A stretch of 64,000 bases of DNA from Deltaproteobacteria bacterium. Its GTDB lineage: Bacteria; Desulfobacterota; Binatia; Binatales; Binataceae. Each line of letters opens with the position of its first letter. Positions within the stretch are counted from its first letter, which is position 1. Positions 33,918 through 44,637 of this stretch are shown here, one piece after another. The notes beneath the pieces were generated by a model. The model was not told the DNA's origin, ran no database searches, and saw nothing but the letters and a program-made list of their open reading frames with translations. Made by a program: the position numbers and the translations under genes. The stretch lies in assembly GCA_021801125.1 (NCBI GenBank), contig JAJYYI010000131.1, forward strand, positions 10,874 to 74,873, given 5' to 3'.

Positions 33918-34802
33918 ATGAGAACGACCGGAATTGTCACGCGAAACGGAAGTCAGAGATTTGTGGCCACATGGGCGGTGGGCGAAAAACTTAGCGCGAC
34001 TCAACGCATCAGGTCCGCCAATTTCATCGCTGACCTGTGCCGCGAGCTTAGCCCCTCAGGGATCGTCGGCCTCGTAGCCGACCTGCGCGACCGTCTACAG
34101 GTCCTGCTCGGCTTCACAGAAGTCCTAGCGGAACAATCAAGGAGCCGTTTGACGAGCGACCAGCACCGCCTCGTGGAACGGGTCCGACTAGGGCTGCATG
34201 GCCTGGAACTTAGCGTGAGCAATCTCTCTGACGCTGCCCATGCTGTATCGCGCTCCGACGGCGCCAGCCCGCAGGAATTCGCGCTCGGGGACCTCGCCGC
34301 CGAATTGCTGCCCGCGTTGCAATACGTTTGTCAGCGCAATCGCGTAGCGGTGAAGCTTCAAGTTAAACCGCCGGGGCTTAGGATTTTCTGCGACTGGCGG
34401 CGGCTTCGCTCCATCGTGTTCAATCTCGCGTCGCTTATGGCTGAGCGGCTGGAGCGTGGCGAGCTAACCGTCGCGCTCGATCTTGTTCACGGGGCCAACA
34501 GGCGAGGCTACGGACGTGCTAGAAGGCGCACGGAACTGGAAGTGCGACTGACCGGTCGAAAGCGCCGCGCCAAGACCTACCGCGGCACCAGCCGTAGCGA
34601 CCAGCACTTAGCGCAGAAGTTCCAAGCGGGGAGCGAAACGAACCTCAGCGGCAAGGTTGCGCGCTACCATGTCGCTAGCTTGGGCGGCGCCTTGCGCTGT
34701 CCTGCCGCACCCGCCGCGAAGCCGGTCGTAAGCGCGCGCATCCCGATAGAGACCGCCGCAAACGGGGCTGAATCCAAGCGCGAAGGCCGTACGTACCACT
34801 AA
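33918..34802 (+). CDS. Histidine-kinase-like protein with degenerate HisKA region (no conserved phosphoacceptor His)
   Basis: LLGFTEVLAEQ dimerisation-helix-like segment and a weak ATPase-like C-terminus (GSETNLSGKVARYHVASLGGAL), then a basic Arg-rich stretch. GGGAGGAG RBS before the ATG at 33918. Confidence 0.4.
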   Translation: MRTTGIVTRNGSQRFVATWAVGEKLSATQRIRSANFIADLCRELSPSGIVGLVADLRDRLQVLLGFTEVLAEQSRSRLTSDQHRLVERVRLGLHGLELSVSNLSDAAHAVSRSDGASPQEFALGDLAAELLPALQYVCQRNRVAVKLQVKPPGLRIFCDWRRLRSIVFNLASLMAERLERGELTVALDLVHGANRRGYGRARRRTELEVRLTGRKRRAKTYRGTSRSDQHLAQKFQAGSETNLSGKVARYHVASLGGALRCPAAPAAKPVVSARIPIETAANGAESKREGRTYH

Positions 34803-35019
34803 TTTTCGCTCGCTGGACCTCGTGTGCCACAGGGCCAGGGTTCTCTTTACCGACGCGGCTTGCCAGCGGGTCGCACCAGCCTCGGGCATGGCCCTCGAGA
34901 GGCTCGCCGAATTGCCGGGAGGTCGCTTTCAATCCGCAGAAGCTCGGGGTTATTCTTTGGCGTAGGATCGTGTCGGCAAGGCGACCCTCCCCATCCTCGC
35001 CGCATCGAGGGCCCCGCCT

Positions 35020-35856
35020 GTGCCTATTACGGCCGCTCAATTAACATGCCGCCGGTTTGCGTCATCGCAGCCCGTCGGGCCGCACCGTCGAGGATCATGT
35101 TGGCGGCATGTGGAAGGAAAAAGGTGCATCGTGGCTGAGGTCACGCCGCCCGCAGGCGCGCGAAAAACGTACCACGGCGTCGTCGAAAGGGTGACGACCC
35201 ACAACGCGGATACGCGCTCACTTTTTCTTTGCCTGCCAGCAGCCAGCGAATTTCGGTTCCTTCCCGGACAGTTTATCTCGGTAGCCATACCCACCGACGA
35301 ACAAAGAAGGACGCGCGCCTATTCACTTGCACTAAGTCCAAAGGACGGACAACCGCTGGAAATCTGCTTGAACCTCATTCCGCAGGGGATCGGCTCCCAA
35401 TACCTCTTCAGCCTCGAAGTCGGAGCCGAGGTTAGCTTCACCGGACCCTTTGGTCTATTCACGCTCGAACATCCGCCCAGCCATGAAACGGTCTTCATCG
35501 CTGAAGGTACCGCGATAGCCCCGATAAGGGCGATGATTCGCCACGCACTAGGACATTCGCGTCCTCCGTTGTTGACCCTCTTGTACGTTGCCTCGGACCA
35601 AGCGCATCTGCTCTATCGCGCCGAATTCGAGCGGTTCACCCGAGAGCACACGAGTCTCGTCTTCGAGCCGCGCATCCATCCGAGCGGACAGGTATCGGCT
35701 CTGCTTGACGAAATCGAGCAGCGTTACGTCAAATCGGACTCAAGCCGCGAGCGCCACTTTTACATATGCGGCGTGGGAAATGACGTCCTTCGGGTGCGGG
35801 ACCTGCTGCGCGCCGCCGGATACGCGCGCCGCGCCGTCCAGTACGAGCGCTGGTGA
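35020..35856 (+). CDS. FAD/NAD(P)-binding oxidoreductase, ferredoxin-NADP reductase-like
   Basis: RAYSLA (RxYS FAD motif), GTAIAP NAD-binding motif, C-terminal YICGVG. Exact start uncertain. Confidence 0.7.
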   Translation: MPITAAQLTCRRFASSQPVGPHRRGSCWRHVEGKRCIVAEVTPPAGARKTYHGVVERVTTHNADTRSLFLCLPAASEFRFLPGQFISVAIPTDEQRRTRAYSLALSPKDGQPLEICLNLIPQGIGSQYLFSLEVGAEVSFTGPFGLFTLEHPPSHETVFIAEGTAIAPIRAMIRHALGHSRPPLLTLLYVASDQAHLLYRAEFERFTREHTSLVFEPRIHPSGQVSALLDEIEQRYVKSDSSRERHFYICGVGNDVLRVRDLLRAAGYARRAVQYERW

Positions 35857-36041
35857 CCGCCAGGCAGGACAAACGCTCGCCCTGACCTTCGCGTCGGGCG
35901 CGAAGACGCGCCGGCCTACTGGACCCCGCTTAAGCCGTGGCACAGGAGCGCGCGCCGCGCGAGAATTGATCGCGCGGCCCCGCGAACCAACGGGAACTGA
36001 AGATAATCAACCGCCAAAAAGAAACAGGAACGGACCGAAAG

Positions 36042-36974
36042 CTACGAGGAAAGTGCGGCACGCAACGCTGCGGCGGCGTCGGCCACGGCTGCCCTGCCCT
36101 GGTCCATGATGTGGCCCAAACGAAAGAAGCCATGCACCATCCCGTCGTAGCGCTTAAGCGTCACCGGCACGCCCGCTGCCTTAAGGCGAGCGGCGTAGTG
36201 CTCGCCTTCGTCGCGCAACGGGTCGAACTCCGCAGTAATTACCATTGCGGGAGGCAACCCGCTTAGGTCTTTCGCCTTCGCCGGACAAGCGAGGGGACTC
36301 TCGCGGTCAGCCTTGTTGGGCACGTAATGGTTCCAGAACCACTCCATGTCAGCGCGGGTCAAAAAGAATCCCGAGCCGAACTCCTGATGCGACTGCGTGT
36401 CCAGGGCGTCGTCGATGACCGGATAAACCAGCAATTGAAAAGCGATTGACGGCGCGCCTCGCTCGCGCGCAACCAGCGCAAGGCAAGCGGCGAGGTTCCC
36501 ACCTGCGCTGTCGCCGCCCACAGCCACTCGCGCCGGGTCCACACCGAGCCGGCTGGCGTTTTCCGCCACCCAGCGTGTCGCCGTGTAACAGTCCTCAAGA
36601 GCTGCGGGAAACCGATGCTCGGGCGCCAGTCGATAGTCCACCGACACGGTGACGCAACCGGCGGCATTGGTCAGCGCCCGGCAGACCCCGTCGTGAGTTT
36701 GGATACTTCCGATTACCCAGCCGCCGCTGTGAAAGTACAGCAACGCCGGCAAAGGCCTGTCGCGCACCGGCGCGTAGACCCGAATCGCCAGCGGCCCGCC
36801 GGGACCCGCTATGATGCGATCCTCCACGACCGCAACCGGTTCCGGCGATTCGGGAATTCGCGTCTGCTCCTGAATTGCACGGCGCGCTTGCTCTACGGTC
36901 AGCTGATGGAACGGCTGGGCGCTGCCTGAAGAAAAGCGCGCAAGAAAGGCGCGAGCTTGTGGGTCTAACGGCAC
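36042..36974 (-). CDS. Alpha/beta hydrolase, hormone-sensitive-lipase-family esterase
   Basis: HSGGW oxyanion motif and GDSAGGNLA nucleophile elbow. Confidence 0.85.
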   Translation of the reverse strand: MPLDPQARAFLARFSSGSAQPFHQLTVEQARRAIQEQTRIPESPEPVAVVEDRIIAGPGGPLAIRVYAPVRDRPLPALLYFHSGGWVIGSIQTHDGVCRALTNAAGCVTVSVDYRLAPEHRFPAALEDCYTATRWVAENASRLGVDPARVAVGGDSAGGNLAACLALVARERGAPSIAFQLLVYPVIDDALDTQSHQEFGSGFFLTRADMEWFWNHYVPNKADRESPLACPAKAKDLSGLPPAMVITAEFDPLRDEGEHYAARLKAAGVPVTLKRYDGMVHGFFRLGHIMDQGRAAVADAAAALRAALSS

Positions 36975-37001
36975 GCCGATGCTTCCCTTGGCTAGTTGAA
37001 G

Positions 37002-38087
37002 TTAGTTGAAAGTTAGGACGGTTCGGACAACCTCGCCCGCCTTCATCGCCTCAAAGGCCTCGTTAATCTCGTCGAGGCTACGCCGCCTGCTGACCATTTC
37101 GTCCAGGTTCAGACGGCCTTGCAAGTAAAAGTCCACGTAGCGTGGAATATCGATGCGAAACCGAGTCGAACCCATGAACGTGCCCTGCAGCTTCTTTTCG
37201 GTAAGCAGATGGCGGCCGTCGATCTCCAGTTTATCCTTTCCAGGCACCATTCCGATTACGGTTGCAACGCCGCCCGGAGCAAGGCAGTAGAAGGCTTGCT
37301 CGGCCGTGAGCTTCTTGCCAATCGCCTCGAACGAATAGTCGACGCCGCCGCCCGTGAGCTGACGGATCGCGCCGACCGGGTCGGAGCCCGACGCCGCGAC
37401 GGTGTGGGTAGCGCCGAACCGCTTGGCCGCCGCGAGCTTCTGCTCAAAGACGTCCACGGCGATTATCTGGCGGGCACCGGCCAGACGCGCGCCTTGAATC
37501 GCGGCCAGGCCTATACCGCCGCAGCCGAAGACCGCAACGGAGGAGCCTGGAGTCACCCTGGCGGTATTGAATACTGATCCGAGGCCGGTGGTGACCGCGC
37601 ATCCGATTAGCGCCGCCCGGTCGAGCGGGATCTCCGGCGTAACCTTCACCACGGCATTTTCATGCAGTAGCATCTTTTCGGCGTAGCCGCCTATGTCCAT
37701 AAATTGAAAGAGGTTCTCTCCGTTCAATCTCAGACGGCCGCAGCCAGCCGCGTTGCGCTGAGTGCTGGCGCGATTCGGGCATAAGTGCGGCCGACCCGAC
37801 AAGCATTGTTCGCAATTGCCGCAGAAAACGGTCAGGCAGGCAACAACGTGGTCGCCAGGCTTGAACGACGTTACTAGCTCCCCTACAGCCTCGACGATCC
37901 CGGCTGATTCATGGCCCAGCACTGCCGGTGCCGGGTAGGGATAAAGTCCTTCGATGAAATGAAGGTCGCTGTGGCAAACTCCGGCCGCGACCGTTTTGAT
38001 CAGGATCTCTCGGCCGACCGGCTCGTCGATCTCGACTTCTTCCACCGTCAGCGGCTTACCAGGTTGACGAAAAACTGCTGCTTTCAC
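37002..38087 (-). CDS. Zinc-dependent alcohol dehydrogenase
   Basis: GVCHSDLH, GHESAGIVEAVG, structural-zinc CGNCEQC and GCGGIGLAAIQGA Rossmann motif. Confidence 0.9.
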   Translation of the reverse strand: MKAAVFRQPGKPLTVEEVEIDEPVGREILIKTVAAGVCHSDLHFIEGLYPYPAPAVLGHESAGIVEAVGELVTSFKPGDHVVACLTVFCGNCEQCLSGRPHLCPNRASTQRNAAGCGRLRLNGENLFQFMDIGGYAEKMLLHENAVVKVTPEIPLDRAALIGCAVTTGLGSVFNTARVTPGSSVAVFGCGGIGLAAIQGARLAGARQIIAVDVFEQKLAAAKRFGATHTVAASGSDPVGAIRQLTGGGVDYSFEAIGKKLTAEQAFYCLAPGGVATVIGMVPGKDKLEIDGRHLLTEKKLQGTFMGSTRFRIDIPRYVDFYLQGRLNLDEMVSRRRSLDEINEAFEAMKAGEVVRTVLTFN

Positions 38088-38367
38088 TATTTGCCCCTCT
38101 CTAAGTTGCGGCCCGGGAGAAACCTTATCAACCCCGGCCGCACCCTGCCGATGCCCCCAAAGCGGCGACGCAGGCGCATCCTACCGGTACCCAAATTGAA
38201 TTAGCAAAAACGGCTAAAACCCGCCACAAAACCAAAAAGAATCTTACATCCAGCGTTGACATTCACTTTCCAAACGAGACGCACCTCGCGCGAGGCCGGC
38301 TCTCACGCTAAGCGATCGGCGCGCCTTTCAATTTATCGTACACCCTTCCCGCATAGTAAGGGCAACT

Positions 38368-39291
38368 TCAATGGCGGGGATGGGCGCCCTCGTCGAGCAG
38401 CTTGATCAGCGCGTACACCGTCTCCACTACCGGCACTTTCAGGCCATGGCGACGCGCCACTCGCACCACTGCACCCGTGAGAGCGTCGTACTCCAGCCGC
38501 TTGCCGCGCTCCAGGTCCTGGAAGGTTGAGGTTTTGAGCGAGGACAGGTTCGCCACCGAGTGGGCATAAAGCTGGCTGACGCGCTCGTCGGAAAGCTCCG
38601 CCCCGTCGGTTTTCGCCACCGCCTGCACCTCGGCCATCAGGGCGCGCACCAGGGCCTGGCCTTCCGGATCGGCCAACACCTCGCCCACGCGCCGGCGCGT
38701 GAGCGTGGTAACGGTGTTAAACGTCGCATTCCACATCAACTTTTCCCAGCGCTTTTCTCGCATCTCCGTGGTCAACTCGCCAAGGATCCCCGCACGCTCG
38801 AAGACCTCGGCGATACGCTTGGCCCGCGCACTGATTGTGCCGTCGAACTCGCCGAACTCGATCACGCCGGTCGTCGAATGCACCACTTTTCCGGGCGCCA
38901 CGAGCTCGACGCCGACGCGCGCGTTGCCGGCCATCACCGACTGGTGCCCGAAAATCTCGCTCAACCGCTGTTCTCCTTCGATCCCGTTTTGCAGAGTCAG
39001 GATTACGCCGTCGGGCTTGAGGCATTGCTTGATTCGTTCGGCCGCGCGGTCGGTGTCATAGACCTTGACCGTAAACAGAATCAGATCGTACGGCGCGAAG
39101 CGCGCCGGCTCGTCGGTTGCGGTGACCTTAAGCTTGAGGTCCCCGCGGTAGCTTTGAAGCTCAAGCCCGTGCTGCTGAAGAGCACGCAGGTTTTCGCCTC
39201 GCGCGCAGAAGACCACGTCTTCTCCCGCAGCCTGAAGCCGCGCTCCGCAATAAGCGCCGACTGCTCCGGCGCCCATGACCAGGACTTTCAT
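38368..39291 (-). CDS. panE: 2-dehydropantoate 2-reductase
   Basis: MKVLVMGAGAVGAYCGARL Rossmann N-terminus and ApbA/PanE C-terminal domain. Confidence 0.8.
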   Translation of the reverse strand: MKVLVMGAGAVGAYCGARLQAAGEDVVFCARGENLRALQQHGLELQSYRGDLKLKVTATDEPARFAPYDLILFTVKVYDTDRAAERIKQCLKPDGVILTLQNGIEGEQRLSEIFGHQSVMAGNARVGVELVAPGKVVHSTTGVIEFGEFDGTISARAKRIAEVFERAGILGELTTEMREKRWEKLMWNATFNTVTTLTRRRVGEVLADPEGQALVRALMAEVQAVAKTDGAELSDERVSQLYAHSVANLSSLKTSTFQDLERGKRLEYDALTGAVVRVARRHGLKVPVVETVYALIKLLDEGAHPRH

Positions 39292-39364
39292 GTAGACTAG
39301 ACCCTCTCGTTCGACACAGGCGCGTGGCCTTGCCGTCTGTCAGATGCTTCGTGATCGACTGGTT

Positions 39365-39973
39365 TCATCGTTCGACACGCGCACGGACGTCGCGCCAGAG
39401 CGCAGTCACTTTCTCGCGCAGTTGCTCGAGCGTACCGTTGTTCTCGATCAACACTGTGGCATGTTTGCGCCGCTCTTGCTCGGCCATCTGCGCATTTATT
39501 CGCCGGCGAATGTCGTCCGGATGCAGTCCGCGCTCACGCTCGAGGCGGCCCATGACCTGCGCCTCGGACGCCGTAACCAGCCACACCTCCTGGCACAAGC
39601 CTTCCCATCCAGCCTCGATCAACACGGCCGCCTCGATAACGATCGGATGGCGCTCACCCCGCTCGCGCATCGCGCGGACCATCGTGCGCAGCCGCTCGCG
39701 GATTCTGGGATGCACGATTGCGTTGAGACGCCGCAGCGCGTCAGGATCCGAGAAGACCAACGCGCCGAGCCGCCGCCGATCAATCGTTCCGTCGAAGGCC
39801 ACGACGTCTGTGCCAAAGGTCTCGACGACGTCCCGATACGCCGCCTCGCCTGGAAGATAAACCGCGTGACCCACTTTGTCGGCGTCGATGACCGGCGCCC
39901 CCAATTCCGCCAAGATACGCACCACGGCGCTTTTGCCGGTGCCGATTCCACCGGTGAGCCCAATCGTTATCAT
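39365..39973 (-). CDS. coaE: Dephospho-CoA kinase
   Basis: MITIGLTGGIGTGKSAV P-loop, 202 aa. Confidence 0.9.
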   Translation of the reverse strand: MITIGLTGGIGTGKSAVVRILAELGAPVIDADKVGHAVYLPGEAAYRDVVETFGTDVVAFDGTIDRRRLGALVFSDPDALRRLNAIVHPRIRERLRTMVRAMRERGERHPIVIEAAVLIEAGWEGLCQEVWLVTASEAQVMGRLERERGLHPDDIRRRINAQMAEQERRKHATVLIENNGTLEQLREKVTALWRDVRARVER

Positions 39974-40359
39974 GGCGACCCGTGAATCAGGTGGCGTTCG
40001 GCCACCAAGGCGTTTCGCTCCTGCAGGTTAAAGTTCGGACTTGTAAGCTGCGCCTCCATCTAACTCCCATATTTTACCAGAGTCGTGTCGTCTCTCATTG
40101 CGCCCCGGCGCTCCCTGGGTTTCATGCGCCTTGGGCTTCTGATTGATAAGCGATGACGCTCGCGCCCTGTGGCCGCAATGATAAGCTTATGGGTCAAGCT
40201 TCGGTGCCCGTCGGTCTCAAGCTAGGGCCGCCAAAAAGAGCAGCGCCTGACGGGCGGACCCTTCGTGACCCGCGCACGGATTGGGGCGACCAAAGTCGAG
40301 TCTTGAAGAGATCTGACGGCATTCCAAGCACGTCGAAGTTAGGACAAGACATAATCAAG

Positions 40360-41217
40360 ATGAACTACGACCAGCCACGCGACGGCTATGTAAACGTGAA
40401 CGGCATCAACCTCCACTACCTGGACTGGGGCGGCACGGGCTCGCCGATTGTGATCGTCCATGCAACCGGTTTTCTGGGCCGGATTTACGCGCCTATCGCG
40501 CACGAGCTTCGCGCGATAGGCCATGTGTTCGGGTACGACCAACGCGGCCACGGCGACAGCGGTCCGGCGCCGAACGAGGAATACAACTGGTCGGCGACGG
40601 TCGCGGATCTGCGCGGCTTCATCGCCGCGATGGGTTTCGAAAGCGTGCGAGGCCTGGGTCATTCGGCAGGCGCCACCGCGCTCGGCGCGGTAAGCGCCTT
40701 GAGTCCAGGGCTCGTTTCGCGAGCGGTGCTCGTCGATCCGATTGTCCATGACGCAACTGACCGGTCCGCCTCGCAAAGCCGCGGACAGGCGTTAGTGGCT
40801 GGAACCCTCAAGCGACGCCGCGTTTTCGACAGCGTGGAGCATGCAATGAGCCATCTGGGCGCCAAGCCGCCGTTCGACACCTGGGACAAGTCGATCTTGC
40901 GCGCCTACTGCGACCACGGCACCAGAGAGCGCGCCGACGGCACGCGCGAGCTGAAGTGCGACCCGGCCGTGGAAGCGAAGCTCTATGCGACCTCCCGCGA
41001 CTTCGACGGTCTGAGCCTGCTCCTTAAGAGCGAGACTCGGCTGCTTGTCATATCCACCAAACAGGCGCACGAACTGCGTCCATCCGCGCTAAATCACCTT
41101 CGGTCGGAGCTGAAAAACGCGCGAATCCTTGATTTTCCCGAGGCGAATCATCTGCTACCTATGGAATCACCGGCGGAAATCGCCCGAATCGCGGTGGGCT
41201 TCCTGGGCGAGAAATAA
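40360..41217 (+). CDS. Alpha/beta-fold hydrolase
   Basis: INLHYLDWGG...PIVIVHATGF and GHSAGA nucleophile. Start taken at the internal ATG (MNYDQ) at 40360. Confidence 0.7.
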   Translation: MNYDQPRDGYVNVNGINLHYLDWGGTGSPIVIVHATGFLGRIYAPIAHELRAIGHVFGYDQRGHGDSGPAPNEEYNWSATVADLRGFIAAMGFESVRGLGHSAGATALGAVSALSPGLVSRAVLVDPIVHDATDRSASQSRGQALVAGTLKRRRVFDSVEHAMSHLGAKPPFDTWDKSILRAYCDHGTRERADGTRELKCDPAVEAKLYATSRDFDGLSLLLKSETRLLVISTKQAHELRPSALNHLRSELKNARILDFPEANHLLPMESPAEIARIAVGFLGEK

Positions 41218-41309
41218 GGCTCTGCGAGGTCGCGGCAGCAGATAATCTGCGCGCTCGCGGCCTGACTCGCAGCAGTTCCGGCCCGCGGTATGAGCAGTCC
41301 GCGGCGAAT

Positions 41310-42071
41310 TTAGCTGATCGGCGCGCCGCGATGGCGGATATCGCGCCGCAGGATACCCCGCGCCTCTTCGGAGTAAACGCCTGGTTCCTGATACAGAATG
41401 AGCGGTGGCTCCACGATCACTTCGGTTCCTCCACCCTTGCGCGCCTCAACCAGCACGGTGGAGGCGCGCGCGCCGGCGCGAGGATGGACCATGCGGATTC
41501 GCTTCGGCTCCAGCCGATGAGCGCGCAGTTCGGCCAGCAACTCGGCGCTTCTGATCGCGGTAAAGACCATCGCCACACGCCCGCCGTGGCGGACGTAGCG
41601 CGCCGCCGCGCGGATAAAATCCACCGCCGTGGCAGCATACTCGCTGCGCGCCATACGCCGGCTGGCGCTTGGACTCTCCCGTCCGCGGCCCGTGGCGCGG
41701 TAGGGCGGATTGGCTACGACCCAATCAAAGCTCTCGGGAACGAGGCCCGCGATCGACCTGGCCCTCAGGTCGCCGCAGATCACCGACATCGGGTCGATTC
41801 CATTCAGTAGGCGATTGCGCTCGGCCTGCCGCGCCAGCGCGGGCTGAAGCTCCAGGGCCACCACCTCGCGGGGCTCGCGCAAAAGCGCAAGGATCATGGC
41901 GACAACACCGCATCCGGCGCCCAACTCAAGCACCCGCGCGCCCGGTTTCGGCCGCGCGAAATGGGCCAGCAGCACCGCGTCGACCGAGAAGCGGTAGCCG
42001 CGGCGCGGCTGGAAAAACTTGAGTCTGCCGCCTAGTATGAAATCGAGTGTCTCGCCAATTTCGGGAGTCAT
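41310..42071 (-). CDS. Class I SAM-dependent methyltransferase, TrmN6/YfiC-like
   Basis: VLELGAGCGVV SAM motif and VVANPPY catalytic motif. Confidence 0.7.
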   Translation of the reverse strand: MTPEIGETLDFILGGRLKFFQPRRGYRFSVDAVLLAHFARPKPGARVLELGAGCGVVAMILALLREPREVVALELQPALARQAERNRLLNGIDPMSVICGDLRARSIAGLVPESFDWVVANPPYRATGRGRESPSASRRMARSEYAATAVDFIRAAARYVRHGGRVAMVFTAIRSAELLAELRAHRLEPKRIRMVHPRAGARASTVLVEARKGGGTEVIVEPPLILYQEPGVYSEEARGILRRDIRHRGAPIS

Positions 42072-42632
42072 CGTGGAGCCGGCGGAAAAAGGTGAACGCT
42101 ACGCCCGAGTATTCCGAAAGGCTGGGGTGTTTTTGGCCAAAGCCGACTTAGGCCGCGCGACGCAGGCCCTGAGCGAAGGAGAAGAACTCGCTCGCAGCCT
42201 CGGCGACGGGGCAATGGCGCGCCGCTTCGCCAAGGAAATCGAGCGCATTCGACGCGCGCGGGTCCCATCTCCCGAGTAAACGCAATAGCTCCTATGCCGG
42301 GCGAAGACCGCGCCCACTGCAACCATTGCGGCCACCCCGACCGTGTTTAACTTTAGCAGGTAGAATATAGGTGGCGTGAATCGCACCCTGAGAGGCAAAG
42401 ACGTCATACGACGTGGAGACGCTTTGGCATTTACACGAGCGAGGCGGCGGGCCGGCTAATACCGTACCGCACAACGGCTTAAGGCAGAACCACCCGTCTA
42501 AGCCGCGTAACCGAAGTCATTCTTATGCAGGCCGCGCAACTGATCGCGCAACGTCACGAGGCGTGAGGCCGCCTGGCCTGCATACAGCTATTTGGCCAAC
42601 CATTTCCTTGACGAGGTGAACGATCCGTCGTC

Positions 42633-43205
42633 ATGAATGCATCGACAATTTTGTTGCTCCTTGTGCTCGCGATTCCTGTAATCCTCGCGATGCTATACAA
42701 CTCGCTGGTCAGACTGCGTAACGAGGTCGCGGCCAGCTGGCGTCAGATCGACGTTCAATTGACCCGCCGGCACGACCTGATTCCGAATCTGGTCGAGGCC
42801 GTGAAGGGCTATATGCAGTTTGAGCGCGACACTTTGACTCAGGTGGTCGAAGCGCGAAACCAGGCAATTAACGCCGGTTCCCAGTCGGCGCGGATGGCCG
42901 CCGAAAATCAGCTCACCGCCGGCCTGGGACGTCTGCTCGCCGTGTTCGAACGATACCCGGACCTGAAGGCCGACCAGAACGTGCTGCGTTTGCAGGAGGA
43001 GTTGACCACCACCGAGAACCAGCTCGCCTTCGCGCGCCAGGCCTACAACGACCTGGTTATGCAGCTCAACACGCGGATACAAAGCTTTCCCACCAGCCTC
43101 ATCGCGCGCCAGATCGGCTTCACTGAGGCCGAGTATTTCAAGGCACCCGCCGGAAACGAGGCTGTGCCTCAAGTCAACCTGTCATTGGGCGCCGGCCGGT
43201 CCTAA
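42633..43205 (+). CDS. lemA: LemA family protein
   Basis: N-terminal TM helix plus YNSLVRLRNEVAASWRQIDVQLTRRHDLIPNLVE signature. Confidence 0.85.
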   Translation: MNASTILLLLVLAIPVILAMLYNSLVRLRNEVAASWRQIDVQLTRRHDLIPNLVEAVKGYMQFERDTLTQVVEARNQAINAGSQSARMAAENQLTAGLGRLLAVFERYPDLKADQNVLRLQEELTTTENQLAFARQAYNDLVMQLNTRIQSFPTSLIARQIGFTEAEYFKAPAGNEAVPQVNLSLGAGRS

Positions 43206-43237
43206 CCGCGCTCCTCAAGAAGACGCACAGCGTTGAT

Positions 43238-44287
43238 ATGAGCCCTGCCGCGAGCGATTTTCGGCGTCTTGAGCGTGCGAATCGTCGCCGGACGGCGTTT
43301 CTACTGGGAATTTTCGCGCTGCTTCTTGCCGCGCTGGGCCTAAGCCTGGACTGCCTGGTCGGCAATGTCCGCTTCGAGGATGGCACGATCCTCGGGTTTC
43401 CGCTGCTGACTGTCGTCGCGCTTGTCATCGCGATGGTTCAGGCGCTCGTCGCTTATTACGGCGGAGCGGGTCTGGTGCTTGCGGCGGCGCACGCAAGGCC
43501 GCTTTCCGCGGACTCGCCCAAGCATCGGATGGCCCTTGACGTCGCGCGGGAAATCTCGATCGCGGCGCGGGTGCCGACGCCGCCGCTTTATCTGGCCGAC
43601 GACCCCGCTCCCAACGCGTTCGCCGTCGGGCGCGACCCAAACCATGCCGCGATCTGCGTCACGCAGGGGCTGCTCGACGGCATGGACCGAGAACAGCTCC
43701 AGGGCGTGATCGGCCACGAGATGGCCCATATCCGGGACTATGACGTGCGCACGATGACCATTGTTGCGGTGACGGTCGGAGCGATCGCGCTTTTGGTGGA
43801 CTTTCTCAATCGCTGGATATGGTTCGGAGGACTTTCCAGCAACGAACGGAAGAACGAGGAGCGGGGCGGCGGTGGCGGCGGCCTTGCCGCGCTCGCTGTC
43901 GTCATTTTGGGGTTGCTCGCGCCGCTGGTCTCACAGCTCATCGCGATGGCGGTCTCGCGGGAGCGCGAGTATTTAGCCGACGCCGCCTCGGTCGAATTCA
44001 CGCGCAATCCGAGGGGTCTGCTGCGCGCCCTGGAGCAAATCGCCGCGACCCGCTCGCCGCTGGTGCATGCCTCGCGCGCAACGGTGCATATGTTCATCGT
44101 GAACCCGGTCGCGGAGACGGACGCGTCGGACGACAGCGAAGGAATGTTTTCCGCGCTCTTCTCGAGCCATCCCCCGCTCGCGCGCAGGATCGCGCGCCTG
44201 CGCGCGATGCTTGACAAGGGCGAGCAGGCGACGGTCAATTCACCCTCGGGTGAGGTCGAATCCGATACGTCGCCGTTACGCCCGTAA
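43238..44287 (+). CDS. M48-family zinc metalloprotease, HtpX-like
   Basis: GVIGHEMAHIRDYD (HEXXH) and multiple TM segments. Lies 33 nt downstream of lemA. Confidence 0.8.
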   Translation: MSPAASDFRRLERANRRRTAFLLGIFALLLAALGLSLDCLVGNVRFEDGTILGFPLLTVVALVIAMVQALVAYYGGAGLVLAAAHARPLSADSPKHRMALDVAREISIAARVPTPPLYLADDPAPNAFAVGRDPNHAAICVTQGLLDGMDREQLQGVIGHEMAHIRDYDVRTMTIVAVTVGAIALLVDFLNRWIWFGGLSSNERKNEERGGGGGGLAALAVVILGLLAPLVSQLIAMAVSREREYLADAASVEFTRNPRGLLRALEQIAATRSPLVHASRATVHMFIVNPVAETDASDDSEGMFSALFSSHPPLARRIARLRAMLDKGEQATVNSPSGEVESDTSPLRP

Positions 44288-44606
44288 GCGGCCGGATCCC
44301 ACCCGCAAGCGCAATTCCCCGCGGAAAAATCCACGCGCCCATCCTAGGCGGCGCGCTGCTGGTGGAAAAAGCTTGACGCCCCGCGCGAAAGTCAACGTCG
44401 AGGGCGCGTTAGATCGGCAAATCTGAGGCGAATCGCGACCGTTCCCGAATACCCGGCGTCGAGGCGGGAACGCAACGCCCCCAAGGAAAACCCCCAACTT
44501 CGCCGTTGCTCCTAAAATCGTCGCCCCTGCGCACCGCCGTTTCTTGCGTTCTTGCGCGAAACCCGTAGCTGGCATCGTATGAAAGCCGTGGGCGCAAGCC
44601 TTCCCC

Positions 44607-44637
44607 TTGACTGTTGCGGCCGTACCAAGCCTATAAT
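44607..44637 (+). promoter_or_regulatory. Near-consensus sigma70 promoter upstream of the CBS gene
   Basis: TTGACT-19nt-TATAAT, about 55 nt upstream of the ATG at 44693. Confidence 0.4.

Noticed and set aside
42019-42279. 86-aa plus-strand ORF
   Set aside because: Its first third is antisense to the methyltransferase N-terminus. The remaining about 60 aa, from a possible GTG at about 42076, could be a small helical protein, but there is no RBS or homology support.
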